IMG/VR virus record: IMGVR_UViG_3300022920_000004
Span: 1 to 64,000 of that record
Reading direction: 5' to 3' (one strand)
Origin: a virus
DNA length: 64,000 nucleotides
Each line of letters starts with the position of its first letter. The stretch's first letter is position 1. A program made the position numbers and the translations under genes. Below, one piece after another: positions 21,601 through 29,630 of this stretch. Under the pieces are notes generated by a model. The model saw only the letters and a list, made by a program, of their open reading frames with translations. It did no database searches and was not told the origin of the DNA.

Positions 21601-24600
21601 TGTTGCACAACCTTTAAAAGGTGTTTATTTTAAAAGAAATAATGGTGTACCAACATTTTTAAAGTATTCTCAAGCTGTATTATTACCTGGTTTAATTAAA
21701 GGTACTGATTTACAGAGATTATATGATAAAATGGTTGAGAATGGTATTGATGAAACTATTACTTTTGATGGTATTAAAGTAGGTGCTACAACAACAGATA
21801 CTATTCATAATGAAGATGGTACATTATTAGAAGATTTTAATCTTACACCTTTAGAAATGGATAACAGAGGTTGGAAGTTACAACAAAATTTACCAACTAA
21901 AGGTATTAAAGATACTGATACAGGTTCTCAAATACAAAAGAATGTATTAGCTGGTATTGCTCATAATATGGAGAAACTATTTACTAAAAATGGTTCTGAT
22001 ATTACAGGTAAGGATTTATATAAAGATATTAATAATATTGTAGGTGCTTTATCACAAAAAGGTGTAGATGAGTTATCTAGAGAACTTGGTATAGATGAAG
22101 CAGGTAAAATAAATAATAAAGAAGGTCTTTATAAATTATTACTTGATGAAGCTAAGAAACGTAACATTAATGAAAACTTAATTAAATCTTTAGAGAAGGA
22201 ATTAACTATTTATGGTATTCCACAGGCTCAAAGTAAATTAATGAATATGTTTATGTCTATCGTTAAAGATAGAATTGTTAAAATTAAGACTAATGGAGGT
22301 TCTTTTATTCAAGTATCTAACTTTGGTATTGATAAATTAAATTATAAAGATACTCCAGGTGTTAAATGGTTTGTAGATCCTGTTAATGGTTTAAAACCAC
22401 CTCATATTGTTGATGTAGAAATTGATTTTAAAAATAAAGAAACTGGTGAAATTGAAAAACGTACTGTTAAAAAGATTAAACCTGGTCAAGTATTATTACC
22501 TGGTTCACTTTTAACTAAGTATATACCTAATTGGAAAGATATTCCTGCTGATAAATTAAAAGAAATGATATCTCCAGAGATATTAGAAAATATTATTGGT
22601 TATCGTATTCCAAATCAAGGTTTATCTTCAAATGATGCTTTAGAGATTGTAGGATTTTTACCTGAAGGTATGGGAGATGCTGTAGTTGCATATTCTGAAA
22701 TACCTACTAAAACTGGGTCAGATTTTGATATAGATAAAATGTTTATGATGATTCCATCATTCTCACAAGAGGATAATGGAAACTTAGTTTACGCTAAACC
22801 TATATTAGACGAAGAAGGTAATGAATTACCTCTATCAGAACAACCTAAAGAAGTATTGCAAAATAAATTAATAGAGTCTTATAAAGCTGTATTCTTACAT
22901 CCTGACGTTGTTAAAGATGTAATGACACCAATTGATTTTGATTATATTAAAAGAGATATTAATACTATATTTGAACAATCTGGTAAACAAAAAGACTTAC
23001 ATCATTTTGATGTTACTAGTCAAATTAATATAAAATATGATTTCTTAGCTGGTAAAGCTGGTGTTGGTCAAACGGCTAATATGTTAGTAGACCACGTAAG
23101 AGGAATGTTTACTAAAAATTCTTTAAGAGATACTTATATAGGTTGGGGACATAAAAATAATGTTAATGAAACATTATTTGATAAAGAATATTCTGTAGAA
23201 TTAAATGCTGAAGATTCTAAATATATATCTGAAACTGTTGGAATACCAATTGAAGAAGCTATTAAATATAAAATTAGTAATTCTATATCTGCAATTTTAA
23301 ATGCATTTGTTGATATTGCTAAAGATCCTTATATTACTAGAGGAAATTGGACTACACAGACTTCTAACGTTGGACTTATGATGTTAAGAGCTGGAATGCA
23401 CCCAATGTATGTTAATAGATTTATAGGACAACCTGTTATTAAAGAATATATTGATTTTGTAGTAAATGCTGAATCTAAATTTAATAATGAGCAGGGTAAT
23501 ATTAGAGAATTATTTTTAAAACATTATCTTAGAGAAAATGATGAGCCAGAACCTATGTATGATGAAAATCTTCAAGTACTATCATTAAAAGATTTAGATA
23601 AAGAGATTAAAAATTATACTTTTGAAAATCAATATCCAATTATACAAAAATTCTTTGAATTACAAGATCATTCTAAAAAAGTAGTACAAGGTATTAATGC
23701 TGCTAAACCTGATACACAATCATCAGGTAAAGATTTATCAAGTAGACTAATTGCTCAAAATATAATTGAAGAAATTGAAAATGCTGATTATAAAAAAGAA
23801 GTGGGGGCATTAACTAACTTTAGTGATAAATTAGTAGACCCAACAACTGGTGAAGAAACTATTTTAGGACATTATGTTAATAATTCTGTGTATTGGTTAG
23901 ATAGTGTAGTTAAAGCAAATCCTAATTTGTTTCAAATGGCTAATAAGAATGTTGAAAATACATTTAATGTTATCTCACAACAAATTAGAGGAACTAAATT
24001 ATTAAATCAAGATATTGCAGATTCATTATATAGTTCATATTATGCATACTCATTATCTGGTTTTGAAGCCCTTCAACTTAAAAATCCTGCTGTAGAATTA
24101 TTTGTTGAATTACCAAAACAATTAGCTGAATATAAACTTGAAGATGATACTAATTATTTATTAAACCAATTGGAAATTATATCTGATGGTGGTATGAGTT
24201 ATATTAAACTTCAAAATAAGAAGCGTTCTGAAGGTATACAAAATAAATTGTATAGAGGTTGGAAAGATTTATTTGAAGATAATAGAGATTTAGCAACTAA
24301 ATTAGTAAAGTATGCTTATTATCAATCTGGTTTTAAGAATAATATTAATGAATTTTTTAGTCATATTCCACATGAGTATTTAGTAGAAAATAGATTGAAT
24401 TATTACATTTATGATTTAGATGCTTCTACTAATAATATTCAAACTAAGTTTATAGACCAAATGTTTAGACATCAAGCTAATAATACATTACTTGTACCAA
24501 ACTTACCTAAGAAATTAGTTAGTGAATTAAAGGAAGGTATTTCATATAGATTTGAAAACACAGATTATGTTGAACTTAAACCTTTTGCAAAAGTTGGTGA

Positions 24601-25024
24601 TAATCTAGTAAAATTAGAAGGATATAATACAGATGGTAGTGGTATTTATGTTAAAACATTTAAATTAGGTATTGATAAAAACTTTATTGAATATAAATAT
24701 GATAAAGATGTTAAAATGTCTCAAATACCAAGTAATACTCCTGCTAATATGGAAGATATTAATAGTTATTTAAAGACTTTAAAAGTATCTAAAAAACCAG
24801 GTGAATTAAATACTAAGACTAAGAAAGTTAATACTGTACCAGCTCTTACAGAAGCTGAGAAGGAGTTTAATGATATTAATAAATCAGAAGCTTCAACTCA
24901 ATATCAAGAATTAGTAGATGAGGTTATTGAAACTGCTGGTAAAACAAATCAATTAGATTTGTTTTCTCAGGATATAAATGATAAGTTAGATGAATTTGAT
25001 AATGGTTGTAAAAATAATAAATAA
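18644..25024 (+). CDS. Virion-packaged single-chain two-barrel DNA-dependent RNA polymerase (phi14:2 gp66-like)
   Basis: 2126 aa; catalytic loop TKTGSDFDIDK (DFDID at 22721-22735), GYRIPNQG, TDAQAW, KYS and VDIAKDP motifs. Confidence 0.92.
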   Translation: MSCFIEVKINGKPVVSQLQPKILEILKNNPHIVLEQYGDLKYVDELTDEQFEEVAGKNFNYFEDPSFLGDFGDWKNSDSNIRPENVYDNGEPKLHQDKNNKKYFYRNKYNDKVYFPLEQNGLNYIYSSEEIQDGTQLLAYKLFTRNFNNDWNDLSFMNDKATKEVIKEYMEARIDTLRNIDYEYEADAVEDSLIYIDEWVDNVNEYFEKLGFKIEETDSEIQDETADNSRGWSKTSHEMSPSSSVGRNIWAFLSFLPTSKSADLVFNEYGFEDVNDIYSTLISELKDLSPTIIGGQVEDVFQTMLDKIGELAHKKPYFKELLNILNNPSLSENRKSEFTQAFNLVKNPYFVSEVDFSGKNNIKHTVKDVSQVNANFNSIKREWGFNFETMFIDKGVLDTVKLTEIRDRTKMIRSEVDQLRKTIKTPADLVPAINKILTVLHDFGAVTTEEGFKSYIGQLEDVIIPNEELLNNVNDVLSIVEKFGDNLLTKDPKNKIKVFDYDKFINPFNTQSLFSDLAKEEAFYKADGSDASIYSAKKSYWVYSLPSYLGGEINKWKSNIDELENLYREPGNESSKVLQYLLGYEVNRLDKVRIPIAEARIKAINFGIFNVFQEKKTDDNSSDPKNNGELSKTDANVDSMNRVLAYVKGQQSLFNTPTPADKSTAYLLSHGYFLNTNINQIIDKKAVLPSKVIQVFYDYFSSEYTRMIKAVETINDPNAKKYVHYHHNKFGETHKNGKLIGNAFKSQIFEGLSFENIKDVLPEIADKIYQDDGRPALKTIDSYETQIKDYIHNILKEGIADKVSFLTNEGIITPNKNTKGGYDSNGIDGAIMKAYEAYDYPVMNAVSDYYINGLISNVEYSKMFSGDPAYYKNMVDYAKRIPSTYTDGLQLRLMNNDELTFNAAIVTGVEIAGRNLADIKEIAGEKIANMYSKGKVNTTDAQAWITPARWEFLVKRLGLWNKYHESAYPKMLGTDNTPFTDKEIKAVAQPLKGVYFKRNNGVPTFLKYSQAVLLPGLIKGTDLQRLYDKMVENGIDETITFDGIKVGATTTDTIHNEDGTLLEDFNLTPLEMDNRGWKLQQNLPTKGIKDTDTGSQIQKNVLAGIAHNMEKLFTKNGSDITGKDLYKDINNIVGALSQKGVDELSRELGIDEAGKINNKEGLYKLLLDEAKKRNINENLIKSLEKELTIYGIPQAQSKLMNMFMSIVKDRIVKIKTNGGSFIQVSNFGIDKLNYKDTPGVKWFVDPVNGLKPPHIVDVEIDFKNKETGEIEKRTVKKIKPGQVLLPGSLLTKYIPNWKDIPADKLKEMISPEILENIIGYRIPNQGLSSNDALEIVGFLPEGMGDAVVAYSEIPTKTGSDFDIDKMFMMIPSFSQEDNGNLVYAKPILDEEGNELPLSEQPKEVLQNKLIESYKAVFLHPDVVKDVMTPIDFDYIKRDINTIFEQSGKQKDLHHFDVTSQINIKYDFLAGKAGVGQTANMLVDHVRGMFTKNSLRDTYIGWGHKNNVNETLFDKEYSVELNAEDSKYISETVGIPIEEAIKYKISNSISAILNAFVDIAKDPYITRGNWTTQTSNVGLMMLRAGMHPMYVNRFIGQPVIKEYIDFVVNAESKFNNEQGNIRELFLKHYLRENDEPEPMYDENLQVLSLKDLDKEIKNYTFENQYPIIQKFFELQDHSKKVVQGINAAKPDTQSSGKDLSSRLIAQNIIEEIENADYKKEVGALTNFSDKLVDPTTGEETILGHYVNNSVYWLDSVVKANPNLFQMANKNVENTFNVISQQIRGTKLLNQDIADSLYSSYYAYSLSGFEALQLKNPAVELFVELPKQLAEYKLEDDTNYLLNQLEIISDGGMSYIKLQNKKRSEGIQNKLYRGWKDLFEDNRDLATKLVKYAYYQSGFKNNINEFFSHIPHEYLVENRLNYYIYDLDASTNNIQTKFIDQMFRHQANNTLLVPNLPKKLVSELKEGISYRFENTDYVELKPFAKVGDNLVKLEGYNTDGSGIYVKTFKLGIDKNFIEYKYDKDVKMSQIPSNTPANMEDINSYLKTLKVSKKPGELNTKTKKVNTVPALTEAEKEFNDINKSEASTQYQELVDEVIETAGKTNQLDLFSQDINDKLDEFDNGCKNNK

Positions 25025-28000
25025 TGGCTTGTAAAATATTTAGAAATAAAGAAAATGAAATAGTTAATGTAGAGGCTCCTAATAAAAAGGAGTCTCTATT
25101 ATACAAAGCTATATTAGAATCATCTGAAATTAATGGTGATAAAGAATTAGCAATTAGACAATGGGTTACTGCTTATTTAGATGATTTTAAGAAGAAATTT
25201 GGAGATTGGGAAAATAACCCTGATGAATTTGTAGGTGATTTAGATGTTAATGGTGAACCAACTATAGAATTTTTTAATAAAGAATATGGTAAATTATTTG
25301 AAACTATTGAAACGGGTGATAAGAATATCTTAGAAGTTGATGAAAAATGGGTTGAAAGTAAGAAAAATATAATCTTAAAATCTATAACTGAAACTGTTGA
25401 TGATAATTATGATTCTAAAATAGATTTAACTACTGTTGAAGGTAAAATTACAAAAGTTTATAATAAACTACAAGATACTATTACTCATCAATTTAGACTT
25501 ATTAAAAGATTAGACGGTAGTGGTAAAGATTTTCAAAAAAATAAACAACAACGAATTGAAGAATTTGAAAAATTAACTAAAACTATTGAAAATTATAGAG
25601 ATGTTAATAAACTTAAAGGTGTTTTAACTTATTTAGAACATGCTCAAAAAAGTATTACAACACTTGAAAATAGCTTACGTAAGAAAGATAAATCAGTTGA
25701 TGATATAGAGCAAGTAATAAAAAATTATGAATCTTACAAAGCCATATTTAATATTATAGATGATATATCTGAATTATATCACGATTCTATACGTGCTGGA
25801 CATATCTCTGCTAAACCTGATATTTTAAAGCAAATCAACTATATTAAAAGTAAACATAATAACATTAATGGTGATATTAGTGGTTTAGTTAAAGATTATT
25901 TAAGACATACTTTAAATGATATTAAAAACTTTCCTAAAGTTGAAAGTAAATGGAAAGATACTTTAGAGAAAGAATATAATGAAACTGTTAGTAAAGTCTA
26001 TGGTAGTAAAGGTAAAACTCATAAAGAAAATTGGATTAATGAAAAATTACAAGAATTTAAACCTCAAATACAAAAGGATATAAATAAGGCTACAGATGCA
26101 TTAATTGATAACACTGCTTATGATATATCAGGATTTGCAAAAAACTTGATGAGTGGCTTTGAAATTAACTCTGACATAGTACAAATGTTTACTTCAATGG
26201 CTTTAGAAGTACGAGATAATATTATTGCTGACGTTACTGTTGTAGATGGTGAATTAGATGCATTATTTAAAGAATATAATAAAACTAATGGTGGTTATAA
26301 TCCTCGTAAACAATTTAAAGATATTATAGAAGTTGATTCTAAAGGTAATCATTTCTTTAAAGGTAAATATAAAACTGAATTTATGGAGAAGCATTATGAG
26401 CTTCAAAATAAATATAGTGAGATGTCAGCTATTAAAGAAAAATTAAAAGATAATCGTACAGATAAAACTCTTATAGCTGAATTAAAGGGTCTAAAAAAAA
26501 TTACTAAAGCTCTTAAAGATGATTTGTATATTTCAAGTCATTATAAAATATCTAAAGTTCATCCTAAATGGTTAAATGATTTTAGTAAAGTAAGTGAATC
26601 TAATATGAAAGTATTGAATGAAGCTTATAATAGATTAGAAACTGCTAATCTTAATACTAATGGATTTAGTTCTTTAATAATGGATGTTGGTTTTGTACCA
26701 GACACTTTATTTTATAAATTACCATCTATTACAGCTAGTAATTTTGAATTAGTACAATCTGGTAATACTAAAGGGTTGTTTGTAGATAAGATTAAAGATT
26801 TAACCACTATAAAAGCTGATGATATTGGGTATGCTACAGTTAAAACTAATTCTTCTGGTGAAATATTAAAAGATTTACCAATACATTTTAGAAATAAAAT
26901 TGATTCTAAAACTCAATCTTGGGATATTTTTACAATGTTAAAAATGGAATCTCATAATGGTATTGCATATAAACATCGTGCTAAGAAAGAGATTTATATG
27001 AATATGGTTATTGATATGGTTAGTAATAAAGATTTCTATGTTACTAAAGGAACTAGTGTTACTAAACAATTTTCTAAATATGCTAAACACAATAAAGAAG
27101 TTATTAAAAAAGGTGGTAGTAATATAGAAGATAAGTTACGTGATATAATGGATACTTTCATGTATGATATAACTAAGAAAGATGCTGGTAAACTTGGTCC
27201 TATTGATGTTCAGAAGCTAACAGGAATGATTAATGGTTATACTGGTATGATTGGTATGTCAATGAATTATCATTCAGCATTAGTCAATTTAGCAGGTGGT
27301 TATGCACAATTTATAATAAGTGCTGTAGCTAAAGACGTTATTAGTGTTAAAGATTTAAGAAAAGCATTTGCTGTGTATCATAAAAATACTGTAGATAATG
27401 CTAAAGATTTAAATTCTGCTGGTGAAGATTCATTTGTTAGTAAAATTAATGTAATGTTTGATACCTTTGGTGGACAACAAATTGGTACAGAATCATTTAT
27501 TAAAGATAAAGGTTGGAAGAAGTTTGCTAATATGCATGGATTAACATTTATGCATTCATTAGGAGAACATCAATTACAGTCTATTTTAACGATGGCTGTG
27601 CTTAATTCAACTAAAGCATTAGATAATAATGGAAGTGTCATTAAAGAAGCTAATAAAGAGCTTACTGTATTAGATGCTATTAAGTTAGAGGATGGTAAAT
27701 TAAAAATGAATCCTAAATTAGTTTATACAAGTCATTCACCTCTTACTAAATGGGAAGATGGTGGTAGAGTGCAAATGCAATCTAAGATTAAGTATAAAAT
27801 GATGGAAACTCTTGGTAGATATGATAATAATCATAAATCTGAGTTTGAAAAAACTTGGTTAGGTAGTTTATTATTTATGTATAAAAGATATTTCTTATCA
27901 ATGGGTGTTAGCAGGTTTAGAAATATTGGACACAGTATTAAAGATAAGGATAATATTGATGATGATTTAAAGTTTTATTCTAATGCTAATAAACGATTTG

Positions 28001-28524
28001 AAGAAGGTTATTATACTACAACAGCAAGATTTTTATTACAAAATGTTATAAAGAATGCTAAAATACTTAATTTAAAAAGTATAATTTCTGATTATAATAA
28101 ACTTACTGATTATGATAAAGGTAATATTAAAAAAGCTAGTATAGAAGCTGTATTAGCTCAAGTAATTGGTATAGTTTCTACTTTACTAGCTCAAGCTGCA
28201 GATGAAGATGATGATGAATTAGTATTCTTTTTAGCATATGAATTAAGACGTTTAGAATCTGAATTATGGCAATTTAGAGATCCAAATGAAGCAGTTATGA
28301 TTACTAAATCTCCATTTGCATCATTACGTACATTAGAATCATCTATAAGTTTATTAGGTAGAATAGCAAGTCCTTCAAAATGGGCTGAAGAATATGAAAC
28401 TGGTAGAAGAAAAGGAGAAATGAAAATTACTAAATTAGTTCAAGATTTAGTTCCTTTATGGAATAGAACTGATATTAGTAATGAAGAGAAATTTAATTAT
28501 TTGGATAATGTATTAACTAAATAA
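25024..28524 (+). CDS. Large virion ejection protein (third of RNAP-associated trio)
   Basis: 1166 aa; GEH..Q, G.Y...K...LGSLLFMYKRYF and EEGYY patterns; translationally coupled to RNAP (TAATG). Confidence 0.65.
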   Translation: MACKIFRNKENEIVNVEAPNKKESLLYKAILESSEINGDKELAIRQWVTAYLDDFKKKFGDWENNPDEFVGDLDVNGEPTIEFFNKEYGKLFETIETGDKNILEVDEKWVESKKNIILKSITETVDDNYDSKIDLTTVEGKITKVYNKLQDTITHQFRLIKRLDGSGKDFQKNKQQRIEEFEKLTKTIENYRDVNKLKGVLTYLEHAQKSITTLENSLRKKDKSVDDIEQVIKNYESYKAIFNIIDDISELYHDSIRAGHISAKPDILKQINYIKSKHNNINGDISGLVKDYLRHTLNDIKNFPKVESKWKDTLEKEYNETVSKVYGSKGKTHKENWINEKLQEFKPQIQKDINKATDALIDNTAYDISGFAKNLMSGFEINSDIVQMFTSMALEVRDNIIADVTVVDGELDALFKEYNKTNGGYNPRKQFKDIIEVDSKGNHFFKGKYKTEFMEKHYELQNKYSEMSAIKEKLKDNRTDKTLIAELKGLKKITKALKDDLYISSHYKISKVHPKWLNDFSKVSESNMKVLNEAYNRLETANLNTNGFSSLIMDVGFVPDTLFYKLPSITASNFELVQSGNTKGLFVDKIKDLTTIKADDIGYATVKTNSSGEILKDLPIHFRNKIDSKTQSWDIFTMLKMESHNGIAYKHRAKKEIYMNMVIDMVSNKDFYVTKGTSVTKQFSKYAKHNKEVIKKGGSNIEDKLRDIMDTFMYDITKKDAGKLGPIDVQKLTGMINGYTGMIGMSMNYHSALVNLAGGYAQFIISAVAKDVISVKDLRKAFAVYHKNTVDNAKDLNSAGEDSFVSKINVMFDTFGGQQIGTESFIKDKGWKKFANMHGLTFMHSLGEHQLQSILTMAVLNSTKALDNNGSVIKEANKELTVLDAIKLEDGKLKMNPKLVYTSHSPLTKWEDGGRVQMQSKIKYKMMETLGRYDNNHKSEFEKTWLGSLLFMYKRYFLSMGVSRFRNIGHSIKDKDNIDDDLKFYSNANKRFEEGYYTTTARFLLQNVIKNAKILNLKSIISDYNKLTDYDKGNIKKASIEAVLAQVIGIVSTLLAQAADEDDDELVFFLAYELRRLESELWQFRDPNEAVMITKSPFASLRTLESSISLLGRIASPSKWAEEYETGRRKGEMKITKLVQDLVPLWNRTDISNEEKFNYLDNVLTK

Positions 28525-28545
28525 TAAAGGGTCTTAAAAAAATTT

Positions 28546-28590
28546 AAAAAGGGTGAATGTTACAAATAAATGTAGCGTTCACCCTTTTTT
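28546..28590. terminator. Bidirectional rho-independent terminator between the two genome arms
   Basis: AAAAAGGGTGAATGTTACA-AATAAA-TGTAGCGTTCACCCTTTTTT, with A/T tracts on both sides, between convergent genes. Confidence 0.9.
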
Positions 28591-28593
28591 GTT

Positions 28594-29454
28594 TTAAAAA
28601 ATATATCTTATTTGATTCCAAGGTATTATACTATTATGTAATTTTTTAAAAGAATCAACATATTTATTTTTATTTTGCCATTTATATCTTAAATTTTCAG
28701 AACCATAAGAACTGACTTTAGATTCTTGTTTATCAGGTTGCCACAATAATTCTTCAGCTTCAGGATTATGGATTAAATTATATTCATGCATTTTTTTATT
28801 ATGTGTTAATAATATAACTTCTGATAATACATAAGGTTTAATTTCATCTAATACAATATCATTTACTAAATTAAATAATTCTTCATATAATTTTTTAGTA
28901 TGAGGTAAAATAATAACTGGGCTAAAATTTATATGTACATCATAACCAGCTTTATAAAAAGTATTAATAGCTTTAATTCTATCAATAATTAAGCTAGTAT
29001 TAGGTTCTAATATATTAGATAATTCTTGGGGCATTAAACTAAATCTAATTCTTATTTTACGTAAAGGATTAAAATTTAATAAATTATTATTAACATTTTT
29101 AGTTGCAAATGTTCCAAAAACATTATCATTATTTTTAAAAAAATTAAATATTTTTGTCCAATCATGATATTTAGCATGTAATGCAAAATCTTCATTACAA
29201 GATAAATCATAAGTCCAATATTTATTATGAGTTTGATTAGGTTTTTTAACACCTAATGTATTTACATGTTCATAAATACTATTAATTATATCATCTGTAT
29301 TTGTAGCAATTGTAAGACCTTTATTTACATGCCTTCTCATATAACAATAAGCACATTTATATAAACAACCGTAACCAAAAGATGGTGTTATATAATCACT
29401 ACTTCTTCCACTATATCTAATTTTTAATGATTTTCTTATTACACTTTTAATCAT
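28594..29454 (-). CDS. Spore photoproduct lyase-like radical SAM protein
   Basis: CxxxCxxC (GCLYKCAYCY), SCNED corresponding to the SplB H-donor Cys region, FATK, RIRFSLMP and NFSPVI. Confidence 0.85.
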   Translation of the reverse strand: MIKSVIRKSLKIRYSGRSSDYITPSFGYGCLYKCAYCYMRRHVNKGLTIATNTDDIINSIYEHVNTLGVKKPNQTHNKYWTYDLSCNEDFALHAKYHDWTKIFNFFKNNDNVFGTFATKNVNNNLLNFNPLRKIRIRFSLMPQELSNILEPNTSLIIDRIKAINTFYKAGYDVHINFSPVIILPHTKKLYEELFNLVNDIVLDEIKPYVLSEVILLTHNKKMHEYNLIHNPEAEELLWQPDKQESKVSSYGSENLRYKWQNKNKYVDSFKKLHNSIIPWNQIRYIF

Positions 29455-29469
29455 ATTATTATTTTAAAT

Positions 29470-29506
29470 AAAAAAAGTAGCTACAAATTAATGTAACTAC
29501 TTTTTT
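29470..29506 (-). terminator. Rho-independent terminator (bidirectional shape)
   Basis: AAAAAAAGTAGCTACA-AATTAA-TGTAACTACTTTTTT. Confidence 0.75.
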
Positions 29507-29516
29507 AATAATTTAA

Positions 29517-29630
29517 CTATTTTAACATTAACATTATAAAATACCCTAATGCTAATAATATAATTTCTATACTCATAGATATTCCTATAAACATAGAAAT
29601 TCCTCTTAAAAAATTTGATTTATTTTTCAT
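29517..29630 (-). CDS. Small hydrophobic membrane peptide (37 aa)
   Basis: Manual translation MKNKSNFLRGISMFIGISMSIEIIILALGYFIMLMLK; TAATG-coupled to the NAMPT-like stop. Confidence 0.45.
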   Translation of the reverse strand: MKNKSNFLRGISMFIGISMSIEIILLALGYFIMLMLK

